This document shows, one piece after another, positions 37,847 to 48,424 of a stretch of DNA of 64,000 nt. Origin of the DNA: an uncultured bacterium. GTDB taxonomy: Bacteria > Macinerneyibacteriota > Macinerneyibacteria > Macinerneyibacteriales > CAYRFE01. The notes below the pieces were generated by a model. It made no database searches and was not told the origin of the DNA. It worked only from the letters and a program-made list of their open reading frames with translations. Both the position numbers and the translations under genes were made by a program. The stretch covers positions 27,227 through 91,226 of the forward strand of contig CAYRFE010000004.1 of the NCBI GenBank assembly GCA_964423645.1, in the 5' to 3' direction. Positions within the stretch are counted from its first letter, which is position 1, and the number at the start of each line of letters is the position of its first letter.

Positions 37847-38727
37847 GCCTTCACCGCTTTAATAAGTTTTTCGCCCTCTTCGGGTGTGATTTTACCACTG
37901 TCGATCATGTCAACTATGCGTTGTACATGCTTTTTGGTACTATCAACTTCAACTTCAATATCACTATTATTTTCGTGAGAGAACATTTTAACAGGATTAA
38001 ATTTCATAGACTTCAGCAAACTTTTAATCACGATTTTATCATCGGGATATTCACCCGATACATTGGTATCACCGCTGAGTGATTGGATAAACAATTGTGA
38101 ATCACCGGTATACGCAAGTATTTTTAAAGTGACATCACCTGACATGCTCTTGATCACGCCGTCTGTTGACAAATGAAGCGCTCCATTAATATTGCAATCC
38201 CCCGAATAACTGTTAAGTTCTAAGCCGGTCATTGTACCGCCGTTAATGATTATGTCTCCGCTGTATGAATTTAATCTCAATGCACCGTCCAATGTACCGA
38301 TCGTGACATCACCGCTGTATGCCTCCAACTTGAATCCTTCTGTAGTCATTCTGTCGACGATCATATCACCACTGTATGTTTTGCAATTACCGCTGAATTT
38401 AAGGTCATTGGCCGCTAAATCTCCTGCATAGGTCACTACCGAGCCGTCAAAGATAAGCGCTTCAGGGTAACGAATGACTACATCAGCGTTATCACCTGAT
38501 TTCCCCGGAGAGAGAATTATTATTCCAAACTTTTTTTCACGTTTATTTTCACGGATCTTCAATACGGTATTTTCCAATGACACATCAAAAATGTCATCCG
38601 CCGCATTTTTACGAAGTCCGGGAAATTCAATTTCAATATCTTTCCTGTCTTCAGCTTTAAATGTCAGATCACCGCTTTTTAATGAAATATCTAACGTGAG
38701 TCTTTCACCTGAATATTCAAAAATCAT
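37843..38727 (-). CDS. DUF4097 (toastrack/LiaG-YvlB-like) protein with C-terminal SHOCT-like motif
   Basis: Repetitive SGD beta-strand units (YSGDVTIGT, YSGDIIINGG, YSGDCNING, MSGDVTLK, LSGDTNVSG). C-terminal MIDSGKITPEEGEKLIKAV. Confidence 0.7.
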   Translation of the reverse strand: MIFEYSGERLTLDISLKSGDLTFKAEDRKDIEIEFPGLRKNAADDIFDVSLENTVLKIRENKREKKFGIIILSPGKSGDNADVVIRYPEALIFDGSVVTYAGDLAANDLKFSGNCKTYSGDMIVDRMTTEGFKLEAYSGDVTIGTLDGALRLNSYSGDIIINGGTMTGLELNSYSGDCNINGALHLSTDGVIKSMSGDVTLKILAYTGDSQLFIQSLSGDTNVSGEYPDDKIVIKSLLKSMKFNPVKMFSHENNSDIEVEVDSTKKHVQRIVDMIDSGKITPEEGEKLIKAVKA

Positions 38728-39119
38728 ACAGAACCTCCTTTTTTATTGATTCGGTCCATTGCATCCTCAAATGTGATTTTCCCTTCATTAAGCATATCAA
38801 GCACCTCATTAGCATCTTCAATCTCAATCGTATCTTCATCATTGACCCCCAATGATACTTTCGCTTTTTTCAAAAGATTTTTCACTTTCGGGTATGAACA
38901 ATTTAAAAGTTTTTCAACTTGCTTGATGCTACCCTCCGCATATAAAAACACTTTTATAAAACGAAGCGTTTCTTCGTCAAGATGAGCAGGACTACAATTG
39001 TGAAAATGCCCCGAAACACTGGAATCACATTGAAGACAATGAAATTGTGTGATTTCGACTTCTCCTCCGCACAACGGACACTTTGTTGCCATATCCATAT
39101 CATCAACTCCCTTCTTCAT
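38724..39119 (-). CDS. DUF2089-type zinc-ribbon/HTH protein with C-terminal SHOCT-like motif
   Basis: CPLCGGEVEITQFHCLQCDSSVSGHF zinc ribbon. HTH-like middle region. C-terminal EVLDMLNEGKITFEDAMDRI. Confidence 0.65.
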   Translation of the reverse strand: MKKGVDDMDMATKCPLCGGEVEITQFHCLQCDSSVSGHFHNCSPAHLDEETLRFIKVFLYAEGSIKQVEKLLNCSYPKVKNLLKKAKVSLGVNDEDTIEIEDANEVLDMLNEGKITFEDAMDRINKKGGSV

Positions 39120-39293
39120 AAGTATAGTTACATAATTTATAATGTCAAGCCTATGATATTAATTTTTTTAATATTTTTATTTATTTTATTACTTTTATTA
39201 ATACCTGCGGTCTCGTGCGTAATAACTGCCCCGCGGCTCGTCGCGTGTATACCAAAAATTATAACTAGCCTCACTTTTTATAGAGCGTGGTCT

Positions 39294-39356
39294 TCATCAC
39301 CACACCCCCTTTTAGAAAATAAAGATATTTTGGAAATTTTGAATTTTCAAAGGTCT
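39294..39356. repeat. REP/MITE-like element, left-end fragment (inverted)
   Basis: caccacaccccctttagaaaataaagatattttggaaattttgaattttcaaaggtctc is the reverse complement of the left end of the 29957 element. Confidence 0.55.
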
Positions 39357-39439
39357 CCTATACTGCCTTTGAACTTACTTAATCAATTAATCATGCATAT
39401 GGGGAACCATACAAACTTTTTTCCCCAACACCATGTATG

Positions 39440-39500
39440 ATCTCAAAATAAGAAAACAGGACGTGAAAAGGTTTGATAACTATTGATTTTTTCACGCCTT
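39440..39500 (-). terminator. Putative terminator after lipoprotein paralog 3
   Basis: Inverted repeat gacgtgaaaa...ttttcacgcc followed, on the minus strand, by the T-rich run tgttttcttatttt. Confidence 0.35.
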
Positions 39501-39515
39501 TCGCCATACCTTACT

Positions 39516-40538
39516 TTACAATCCGAAATCCACATCATACATATCTATCATGACTTTTTTGTTTTCATCTATAAATAGATGTACAATTTTACCGGGAAAA
39601 AATATAATATTTTTTGTTGTCCGCTTCACTTCAAACGGAAATTTTAACCGAGTTATTTCTTTTTTTGTATCGATATTTATACACTGCACGATAGAGCTTT
39701 CCATATCAAGTATATTCAATACTTTACCGGACCTATCAGGAAATACTTTTATTTCATTCTTGGAGAATGTTTTGATTTTTTTGATTAATTTTCCTGAAAA
39801 GTCATAAAGGTAGACCACCGAATTATCGCGATAATAATACAGCAGTTTTTTATTGGCGTCATTTTTTCTTTTCCACAGATCGGTCATATATATATACTTA
39901 TCATTAACCCCAAAACTATCAAACACCATACCATAATCATGAGTATCGTCTTTTAATTTCCACCCCGTAACTATTGGTTTAAAATTATTATCCATGATAT
40001 AGAATCGATACTTATTTTTCAAAAATGCGCCCTCGAGACCCACAAATCCGTCTTTATACTTCGATATTACCATTGGCGGAAACTGCTCTATGTTCAATGC
40101 GGAAAACAAATCGATATCGTTGTCATATACAAAAGTACCGCTGTTCTTTTTAAATACAGATAAGATCCCGCGAAAAGCATCATGAACAGCAATCTTGTCT
40201 ACTCCAATAAAAATTACATCACCCGCTACTTTAAACTCACCGGGTCCTTTCCCGGATTTACCAATTTTTCCAATCAACGTCCCGCGATAATCCCATACAT
40301 AAACATTAACCATTTGAGATGTAGCAACAATATATTCATCAGAAATTTTTAAGCGGGAAAAATGATTAAAAAAATTATCGTCGACACCTTCCAAAACAAT
40401 GCTTGTTTTATTTGTCATAATATCTTGAAATTCTTTAATATTTTTAATACGCTTTAAATTATCGTGAGTGATTTTATCTATTGAATATCCGTCAAATATT
40501 ACAAAAACCAATACTAATAGAAACAAAAAAACTTTCAT
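39516..40538 (-). CDS. Lipoprotein/secreted protein, GKGPGEF-motif family (paralog 3)
   Basis: GKSGKGPGEFKVAGDV motif. Start at ATG 40538 (MKVFLFLLVLVF) with RBS AAAGGAG. Confidence 0.55.
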   Translation of the reverse strand: MKVFLFLLVLVFVIFDGYSIDKITHDNLKRIKNIKEFQDIMTNKTSIVLEGVDDNFFNHFSRLKISDEYIVATSQMVNVYVWDYRGTLIGKIGKSGKGPGEFKVAGDVIFIGVDKIAVHDAFRGILSVFKKNSGTFVYDNDIDLFSALNIEQFPPMVISKYKDGFVGLEGAFLKNKYRFYIMDNNFKPIVTGWKLKDDTHDYGMVFDSFGVNDKYIYMTDLWKRKNDANKKLLYYYRDNSVVYLYDFSGKLIKKIKTFSKNEIKVFPDRSGKVLNILDMESSIVQCINIDTKKEITRLKFPFEVKRTTKNIIFFPGKIVHLFIDENKKVMIDMYDVDFGL

Positions 40539-41007
40539 ATTCAAACTCCTTTTAAGAAGGTGATACGCACGCGTGCCTCTCCACAATCATTTCGGAATAC
40601 CACAACCATGCAGCTCTGACCAATCACAATGCTCATTCTTATATACCTACATATCGCCTGTATCTTGCGGTCTGGTGACCATATCATCAAAAGAATTTTA
40701 TTGTGATAATCCTATATGAGCACATAATGTAGAATTATTTTTCATATCGTGCTACTTCTCCTATCAGTTTTTTAACATCCTCCTCATTGTGCAACAGACT
40801 GTTCATAGTATATATTTCTATCTGTCTGTCAACAGTAAAATGAGATATGTCTTGTTCTATATGCTTTCATAATGACAGCAATCAGCAATACTATACCACC
40901 TGACGTTACTATCTTTTTCAGCGACAATATTAGTACGCAAATTTCAATGTATGCAATCCTTCCGTATTGCACGAAAATAGATGTGGGCAAATATCAAAAA
41001 ATATTGG

Positions 41008-42465
41008 CTACGATTGTAATCTGAAAAATTCTTCAACAACCTCGCGGTCATTAAACGGTATTTCAAACCCGTCAAATATCTGTACCGTTTCGTGTCCTTT
41101 ACCGGCGATCAATACGATGTCGCCTTCTTGCGCATAGTTCAACGCTAGTGCAATCGCTTTTTTTCTATCCGGCTCAACGACATACTGTGTGCCGGACATT
41201 CCGCTTTCAACCTCACAACATATTGTTTCGGGATCTTCCGAATGCGGATCATCTGAGGTGATAACGACATAGTCGCTATAATGCTCAGCAATCTGTGCCA
41301 TGACAGGACGCTTGGTGCGGTCACGATCACCGGTGCACCCGAACACGGTTATGAGTCGTGCGGTTTTTCGCTGTTGCAACAATTCGAGCACTTTCTCAAG
41401 ACTATCCGGCGAGTGTGCATAATCAACATACACCGTGATCCCGCGAGCAGTCACTTTTTCAAGTCTTCCCGGAATACCAAGTAGCCCGAACTGGTACCGA
41501 GTTTCCGAATACCCCATCGCACGAAGCATATACCCTGCAAGCACAGCGTTTTCGGCATTATATGTCCCGGGCATTCCGGTAATTACGGTAAAATCACCGC
41601 AATCGATACATGAGTGATCGATACGTTCGTGTAGGGTATACTCATGCACGCTTTTCTCGCCGAATCCTATTTTTTTCTCACTCATTAACTCGGAAAAGAG
41701 TCTTTTTCCGTATGTATCATGACAATTGATCACTGCATATCCGTTCAGATGATCGGTAAACAACGTCTTTTTAACCGAATAATACTCTTCCATCGTATGG
41801 TGATAATCCAAATGATCGTGACTGAGATTGGTAAATCCCGCGACCGTATACCGTATTCCGTTAATTCGATGCTGCGCAAGCGCATGTGAAGACACTTCCA
41901 TAATACATATTGTGTGACCTTCACGATATTTTTCATCAAGTATCGCATAAAGCGAATAGACATCGGGAGTAGTATACATATTTCGAACCGATCGTCTGTT
42001 CTTATCATATATACCGATCGTACCAATATAACATACAGGCTCGCCACGTCGTTGCAAATATTCATATATCAAAAAAGCAGATGTAGTTTTGCCCTTTGTA
42101 CCGGTAATACCTGCAAAATACATTTTCGTTTCAACTCCGTCATAGTGTAATGAAAGAAATTGTTTTTCAAATTCATGAACCGAAGTAACATGAATCAAAG
42201 GAACGTGTTCTATCGGTTGATTCGCAACAATTGCAATGGCTCCTTTTGCACGCGCATCGGTCACAAATCTCATGCCATCATCGTGAAAACCCTGTTTTAC
42301 GACAAATAGAGAGCCGGGTTGTACCTTTCTCGAATCATCGGTTATCCCTCTGACAGTTTGCTCAGGACGTATATCGGGTGATACGGACAAAACGCTTGCA
42401 AAGGAAGCAATGTTAGTTATTTGCATAGGATTGTAATTCTTTCCGTAAAACGAATTTTGCATCAT
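41008..42465 (-). CDS. murE: UDP-N-acetylmuramoyl-L-alanyl-D-glutamate--2,6-diaminopimelate ligase
   Basis: DDSRKVQPGSLFVVKQG; GITGTKGKTT P-loop; Mur ligase middle and C-terminal domains (DYAHSPDS). The true start is probably MQITNIASF, internal to the track ORF. Confidence 0.85.
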   Translation of the reverse strand: MMQNSFYGKNYNPMQITNIASFASVLSVSPDIRPEQTVRGITDDSRKVQPGSLFVVKQGFHDDGMRFVTDARAKGAIAIVANQPIEHVPLIHVTSVHEFEKQFLSLHYDGVETKMYFAGITGTKGKTTSAFLIYEYLQRRGEPVCYIGTIGIYDKNRRSVRNMYTTPDVYSLYAILDEKYREGHTICIMEVSSHALAQHRINGIRYTVAGFTNLSHDHLDYHHTMEEYYSVKKTLFTDHLNGYAVINCHDTYGKRLFSELMSEKKIGFGEKSVHEYTLHERIDHSCIDCGDFTVITGMPGTYNAENAVLAGYMLRAMGYSETRYQFGLLGIPGRLEKVTARGITVYVDYAHSPDSLEKVLELLQQRKTARLITVFGCTGDRDRTKRPVMAQIAEHYSDYVVITSDDPHSEDPETICCEVESGMSGTQYVVEPDRKKAIALALNYAQEGDIVLIAGKGHETVQIFDGFEIPFNDREVVEEFFRLQS

Positions 42466-43792
42466 ATTTTTCGGGAATAAAGGTAATAAGACCTTTTAAT
42501 AAATCGATATATTCATTTTGCGGAAGATTATTTTTCAATAATGCAGCGGTTTTTATGGTCATATAATCGCCGTTACTGGATACTAAATACGGATATCGCT
42601 GAAAAATCTGTACCGAATATTTCACGGCAAGATCTTTTTTGGTCTGTTCAAAATATAATGTCGATAAATATAAAAGCGTTTCGGCCGCCAACAGATCCGA
42701 TACAATCGAATCGGTGCTTTCTGCGGTCATATCTTTACCGTGAAGAATTGATTTACATAGATACTCTGTCAGGTTTTCACTCTCTGCGACGACCTCTTTC
42801 ACTTTCAATCGTTCAATATATTTCACTTTATCCAACGTTGCTAAAATAAGATCAACTTCTTTAAAACTTGATGAACGAACCGAGTTGATAATATCCCGAA
42901 AATTTTTAATTGCTTCAGAATATTTTTTTTGCTCCAATGCAATACTGCCGAGGTAAAAGCGAATCTTTGGGAAATAATCCGAGAATATCAATTGATTGAG
43001 CATCTCACGAAGATAGATATTGGCCTGATCAGGTTGCTTTGCGTCACCCGTCGCAACGATATAAATACGCTCGAGTGCCATTTCCGCATAATCATGCCGT
43101 TCCCCCTCGTGCTTCGCCAAAAAATATCCCGAGTAGCGCAATACCGTACGCATATATTCCTGAACGGCTATCATATAATTTTTCAATCGCTCATGTGCAT
43201 ACCCCGAATTGAACTGAGCTTCTGCGGCAACGTTACCGGAAATATCATCCAGCATATAGCGTTCCTCCGCAAATTTTGCATACTTCTGCAAGATCTGGGT
43301 ATATTCACCTGCCGCCTGTGAGATTTTTTCCTGATGAAAATCGATGGTCATCGCATAATATAAATGTGCCAAAGGCGCGATATGAAACGTGTACCCGTAA
43401 CGATTGCTTTCTGTCGACATCATCCCATCCGCATACTGTGTATAGACACGACGGAATAACTCTGCCGCTTCATCGTTCTTTCCGGTCTCATAATATATTT
43501 TTGCCGCAAAAAAAAGAGCATCATCGGCATATCGCGAATCAGGATGTTTTTCTGCCAAGAGCATTAATTTTTGTGCTACATGCTCACCGTACACCACTTC
43601 AATTGTCCCTGATTGCATCATGGTGTTGTATTCGGTCAGATAATACCTCATGAAAACAACAATGTCTGAGCTGTCTATAAGCACGGGCTCATCCTTCGCT
43701 TTTTGAGGAACTGAAGTACTGTGAAATATTTTTCCGCACCCGCTCAACAGCAATACCGCGCCCAAGCACAATATGACAAAGCGTTTCATCAA
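42413..43792 (-). CDS. TPR-like repeat lipoprotein, hypothetical
   Basis: Lipobox LLLSGCG. Helical repeat-rich (AKIYYETGKNDEAAELFRRV). Confidence 0.5.
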   Translation of the reverse strand: MMKRFVILCLGAVLLLSGCGKIFHSTSVPQKAKDEPVLIDSSDIVVFMRYYLTEYNTMMQSGTIEVVYGEHVAQKLMLLAEKHPDSRYADDALFFAAKIYYETGKNDEAAELFRRVYTQYADGMMSTESNRYGYTFHIAPLAHLYYAMTIDFHQEKISQAAGEYTQILQKYAKFAEERYMLDDISGNVAAEAQFNSGYAHERLKNYMIAVQEYMRTVLRYSGYFLAKHEGERHDYAEMALERIYIVATGDAKQPDQANIYLREMLNQLIFSDYFPKIRFYLGSIALEQKKYSEAIKNFRDIINSVRSSSFKEVDLILATLDKVKYIERLKVKEVVAESENLTEYLCKSILHGKDMTAESTDSIVSDLLAAETLLYLSTLYFEQTKKDLAVKYSVQIFQRYPYLVSSNGDYMTIKTAALLKNNLPQNEYIDLLKGLITFIPEKYDAKFVLRKELQSYANN

Positions 43793-45477
43793 TATTCTTC
43801 TCCGATCAATATTTTACGTTTTATTTTTACTCTGCCCTCAAGCTTTTCGTAATTATCATTCACGCCATTGACCATAATTATGATATTTTTCATGGCAGGA
43901 TTTTTCCGATAGATATCAAAATATTTGCGCACAGGCAATTGAAGTTCTGTCCCCTTATAAATCTCAATGAGCTCACCTCGGCGAGGTTCGACATACACGG
44001 TGATAAACTTAAGATTTCCCGATACTTTTTCAAGCAACAGGGCGTCACCGTCTTTAATGCTTGAAAGAGGTATTTGGAAGTGCACACCGCCTTTTTTACC
44101 GGATTGATTGCCGAGCCCGGTACTGAATGCATAACCAAGATCTATCGTCTTATAATTTGTATAAACCTCTGTAGACAAATACAATTTTACAATCTCTTCA
44201 AATGAACTTTTGAACAGCGTTGCTATGGCATCCGATGAAAGAGCCTCCGAAAACACAAAAACATCATCAACGATACCATTGTATGCTTCACTCGGAAACT
44301 TGCGATCAGTAAAAAAAGTACAGAATTTCGGTTCTTTTGAAAATCCTATCTGACTGATTTTCTCCACCTCTGAATTTTTATACACAAAAACGCCCTCACC
44401 GGGTTTAAACACCACAGCAATAAACTGCCAAACACCGTCATCTGCGGTAAGTTTGGTGTTTATCTGCTTTTCACCGTTAAAAACAGCCCATACTGTTCCG
44501 TTGCGAAACACACTCCACTCAAGATTTCCGGTATTTGTACTGCATAAAAATTGTCTCTTTTTGCTGTCACGTTCGGGCTTGACCCACGCCGCGAAAGAAA
44601 ATCCTCGTGAATTTTTATGCTGATTGATCGAAGAATGCAATGTTACCGACTGCGACATCCCATTAAGATACAATCCGCTCATAGTATTTTTTCTGCCGGC
44701 AAAGTATGTCGGTTGCTCGTCCATGAATAAATCTTTCCCTGACGATGAATAGTTTTTCAAAGATTGCTCAAAAGTAAATGCTCCGATCAAAGAAGAAGGA
44801 CGCGGAGGATGATTATACTGATATGTTTCACGAATAAATTCCTCTTTCAGAGGCGTGGCATATATCCGAACTTCATCAATTATCCCGGCAAATCGCTCAC
44901 TTGTTTTACGGTGTCCGCTACCGATCAAAATATGTGTATCTGCAACAGAAAATCCTACAGAGTTTATTGTTTTTTTCTCGGTGTTTTTATATACATCAAC
45001 GGCTGTTGGCGAAAAAGCAACTGCCATAAATTGCCATTCATTCACATCAACAGAAAAACCGGTCTCATACACACCGGTACCCGTCGCAACCATCCATTTG
45101 TCACCGTCGCGAAGCAAGGACCATTCGTTTTTTCCTGTATCGGTCGAAAGAAGGTATTTTTTCCCGTCGGTAATACTCGTCGGATATACCCAAATCATGA
45201 ATGTTACTCCGGATGTATTCACATTTTGATTAATACGAACAGGAGTTGTGATAAATGATCGTGATCCGTCAAGCAGATATGCACGGCCACTCACCCCGTT
45301 TCTGTCGATCGAAGGAGTAAGCTCTGTTCCCACGGAATGATTGTTTAAACCGCCGCTGTCATCGGTATTTCCTGAAAACATATATTTCGCTAAAATCGGG
45401 TACTCAATATCCGTCACCTGTGCATAAAGCGAAACAGCAGTAAAAATTATAACCAGCACTATTCCGAATATTTTCAT
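43789..45477 (-). CDS. Secreted protein with two concanavalin A-like/LamG domains
   Basis: Signal peptide. Two repeats of the LamG_3-like pattern (LDGSRSFITTP...FMIWVYP...EWQFMAVAF / LNGMSQSVTL...FAAWVKP...VWQFIAVVF). Confidence 0.6.
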   Translation of the reverse strand: MKIFGIVLVIIFTAVSLYAQVTDIEYPILAKYMFSGNTDDSGGLNNHSVGTELTPSIDRNGVSGRAYLLDGSRSFITTPVRINQNVNTSGVTFMIWVYPTSITDGKKYLLSTDTGKNEWSLLRDGDKWMVATGTGVYETGFSVDVNEWQFMAVAFSPTAVDVYKNTEKKTINSVGFSVADTHILIGSGHRKTSERFAGIIDEVRIYATPLKEEFIRETYQYNHPPRPSSLIGAFTFEQSLKNYSSSGKDLFMDEQPTYFAGRKNTMSGLYLNGMSQSVTLHSSINQHKNSRGFSFAAWVKPERDSKKRQFLCSTNTGNLEWSVFRNGTVWAVFNGEKQINTKLTADDGVWQFIAVVFKPGEGVFVYKNSEVEKISQIGFSKEPKFCTFFTDRKFPSEAYNGIVDDVFVFSEALSSDAIATLFKSSFEEIVKLYLSTEVYTNYKTIDLGYAFSTGLGNQSGKKGGVHFQIPLSSIKDGDALLLEKVSGNLKFITVYVEPRRGELIEIYKGTELQLPVRKYFDIYRKNPAMKNIIIMVNGVNDNYEKLEGRVKIKRKILIGEEY

Positions 45478-45491
45478 ACAAAACCTCCTTA

Positions 45492-46784
45492 TTACAAACC
45501 CAATCGTGCGTAAATGGCATCTATATTGCGCACATGATATCGATAATCAAACGCATCGTTGATCTCTTTTTCGTTGAAATATTTTCTCACTTCTTCATCA
45601 TCCATCAGAATATCCTTGAATGCTCTTCCCGTCTCCCAAACTTTCATAGCATTACGTTGAACCAGTGCATATGCGTCTTCGCGGGAAACATTTTTCTGTG
45701 TCAGACATAAAAGGAAATATTGAGAAAAAACCAGACCTTGCATTTTTTCAAGATTTTTCATCATATTATCGGGATAAACAACCATGTTACCGATAACATA
45801 CGTCATACGATCGAGAATATAATCCAGCGCAATCGTTGAATCCGGCAAAATGATACGTTCAACGGACGAGTGGGAGATATCGCGTTCATGCCACAGTGCG
45901 ACATTTTCCATTGCGGCGATCGCATTTGAACGAATAAGGCGAGCAAGTCCGCAAATACGTTCACCAAGAATCGGATTACGTTTATGCGGCATCGCCGATG
46001 AACCCTTTTGTCCTTTTTTAAACGGTTCTTCAACTTCAAGAACTTCAGTCTTTTGCAATGCACGAAGTTCTGTCGCCATTTTTTCAAGTGTACACGCAGT
46101 TACCGCACATGTGTTCATGAACACCGCATAGCGATCACGTTGCACTATCTGATTGGAAACGCGCGCGTAGTCAAGTCCGAGACGACCGCATACATCCTCT
46201 TCAATATCGGGATCGATATTTGCAAATGATCCGACTGCACCGGAGATCTTCCCGACAGCAATGTCCTTACGTGCGGCTTTCATTCGTTCAAGATTACGCT
46301 TCATTTCTTCATACCATACGGCAAGTTTGAGTCCGAAGGTAATCGGTTCTGCATGAATTCCGTGGGAGCGACCTATCATAAGCGTATATTTATGTTCAAT
46401 CATGCGTTTTTTTAATGCATCAATGAGAAGCGATATATCGTCAATCAGTATATCTGATGCATCACGAAGAAGCAACGCATTGGCGGTGTCAAGCATATCA
46501 GAGGATGTCATCCCCCAATGGATAAAACGACTGTCCGGGCCTACATATTCGGCAACATTGGTTAAGAATGCAATAACGTCGTGATTCGTGGTATTCTCGA
46601 TCTCTTGTACGCGTTTTGGATCAAATGCGGCTTTTTCTCGTATAACACGAAGACTTTCATCGGGTATAACCCCTTTTTTATTCCAAGCCTCACACACGGC
46701 TATTTCTACCGCCAGCCACATTGAAAGTTTATGTTCTTCTGTCCACACTTGCCCCATTTTCTTCCGTGTATAGCGTTCTATCAT
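45492..46784 (-). CDS. purB: Adenylosuccinate lyase
   Basis: Fumarase/ASL signature GSSAMPHKRNP. N-terminal MIERYTRKKMGQVWTEEHK. Confidence 0.9.
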   Translation of the reverse strand: MIERYTRKKMGQVWTEEHKLSMWLAVEIAVCEAWNKKGVIPDESLRVIREKAAFDPKRVQEIENTTNHDVIAFLTNVAEYVGPDSRFIHWGMTSSDMLDTANALLLRDASDILIDDISLLIDALKKRMIEHKYTLMIGRSHGIHAEPITFGLKLAVWYEEMKRNLERMKAARKDIAVGKISGAVGSFANIDPDIEEDVCGRLGLDYARVSNQIVQRDRYAVFMNTCAVTACTLEKMATELRALQKTEVLEVEEPFKKGQKGSSAMPHKRNPILGERICGLARLIRSNAIAAMENVALWHERDISHSSVERIILPDSTIALDYILDRMTYVIGNMVVYPDNMMKNLEKMQGLVFSQYFLLCLTQKNVSREDAYALVQRNAMKVWETGRAFKDILMDDEEVRKYFNEKEINDAFDYRYHVRNIDAIYARLGL

Positions 46785-46910
46785 GATTTTTTCCTCCTGT
46801 GTTGTTCCTTACCGCAAGATTATAGAATACTCACAAAAAATAACAAGTAAAAACCATATATAATTATAAAATTGAAAGAACATGTCTGCAAGTTTACCGC
46901 CAGAAAACCG

Positions 46911-47771
46911 TTACGTATTCGTTTCCTGACATCGCTGATGAATTATAGTAATATCTTCAGGAAGCTTTCTGATACGAACAACATTTCCTGTTCTCGGGTG
47001 TGTGAATTTATACTCAAAACAGATCAGCCCCATCTCATCATGCGATGTGCCGTGTCCGTATTTTTTGTCTCCGAACAGAGGTGCGATACGTTTCAAAAAA
47101 TGTTGCCGTATCTGATGCGTCCTTCCGGTTTGCGGAAAGACCAGATAATAAAACAATCGGTTATACTCTCCGATAAAACGAACATACGTGAGGGCTGTTT
47201 TCGTTTTATCATTCCATTCCACGGCATCACGGATACAATATGACGATTGAAGCGCATCAACGGGATGTGTCGTTGCGATATAGCGTTTTTTCATCGCGTG
47301 TTCACGGAACATCGCATGCAGTCGTCGTTCGGTCTCTTTATCTTTTGCAAAAAACACAAGCCCCTGTGTAGGTTTATCAAGCCTGTTGATCGCGGAAGGA
47401 ACATATCCCCCCAATGAATCCGCACAGTATTCACCAACGGCCCATGATAACGAGTCGATATCCGAATATGGGGTAGGATGTACCGGCACATTCGCTTTTT
47501 TATACACCACAAAAAGCCATTTGTCATCATACGCGACATCATCTGCGGTGATATGGCATTCTACTACCTGATAAAAAGGAAGATTGACCCGTAAAAGTTC
47601 ATTCGTCACCACGCGTGTGCCATCTTTTATTCGTTTTTCCGGTTTTACTTGCCATACACTGCCTTGGTGTATCAGTTTTTGTGCCTGTAAGCATGTAAGT
47701 GATAAATTCTGTATAAGTGCATCAAGTACGGTGACGGAGTTATCCTTAATTTGAATATAATATCGTTTCAT
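46911..47771 (-). CDS. RluA-family pseudouridine synthase
   Basis: HRLDKPTQGLVFFAKDKE catalytic Asp motif. N-terminal S4-like region. Confidence 0.85.
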   Translation of the reverse strand: MKRYYIQIKDNSVTVLDALIQNLSLTCLQAQKLIHQGSVWQVKPEKRIKDGTRVVTNELLRVNLPFYQVVECHITADDVAYDDKWLFVVYKKANVPVHPTPYSDIDSLSWAVGEYCADSLGGYVPSAINRLDKPTQGLVFFAKDKETERRLHAMFREHAMKKRYIATTHPVDALQSSYCIRDAVEWNDKTKTALTYVRFIGEYNRLFYYLVFPQTGRTHQIRQHFLKRIAPLFGDKKYGHGTSHDEMGLICFEYKFTHPRTGNVVRIRKLPEDITIIHQRCQETNT

Positions 47772-48424
47772 GATTTGATAAAAACAAACCCTGCTACACC
47801 GTCACATGTGTCTATATAATCAAGTCGAAGACGCGCGGTTGTAGCGGCATCCTCTATATCATGACGGGACGCGATAAACCATGAGAACGCTTCGGTCATG
47901 CTTTTATACCGAAGAGTTCCCTCAATATGCGTTGAAGCTGATAACTTATACGCATGTGGGTCGGTGGCGGTCAGAAGAATTCGTCCGTTTGGTGACAACA
48001 CCTTTGCGCACGAGCGAAACAGCCGAACGATATCATCGGTTGAATGACAAATACCAACCGTATTTCCCATAAGCACTACTGTATCTGCACGGAGTGTGTG
48101 GGGCAAGTCGAATGCGTCAGCAAGAATATACGAATGCACTCCTCGCTCCGTTGCGATTTGCCGCATCACATTGCTTGAATCAACAGGAATGACCGTATAC
48201 TTCTTTTTCTGCAAATATCCGCTGATACGCCCCGGCCCAGCACCACAGTCTAGGATCGTGCCCCGAACATATCGAAGTAACCTTTTTTCAATTGTAAAAA
48301 ATTGGCGATACCCCGTAAAATAATATGATAAATCTTCATCAAAGGTTCCCACCGTTGATGCAATAACAAGCGGTGATCGCTCACCGTGTGCATAATCACT
48401 ATACGCGGTTTCTAGAAGAGTCAT
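47768..48424 (-). CDS. Class I SAM-dependent methyltransferase
   Basis: ILDCGAGPGRISGYL motif I, then VLLTATDP. Confidence 0.7.
   Translation of the reverse strand: MTLLETAYSDYAHGERSPLVIASTVGTFDEDLSYYFTGYRQFFTIEKRLLRYVRGTILDCGAGPGRISGYLQKKKYTVIPVDSSNVMRQIATERGVHSYILADAFDLPHTLRADTVVLMGNTVGICHSTDDIVRLFRSCAKVLSPNGRILLTATDPHAYKLSASTHIEGTLRYKSMTEAFSWFIASRHDIEDAATTARLRLDYIDTCDGVAGFVFIKS

Noticed and set aside
44764-45258. 164-aa and 124-aa plus-strand ORFs inside the LamG gene
   Set aside because: They are antisense to a minus-strand gene with a signal peptide and duplicated LamG-like architecture. No independent support.
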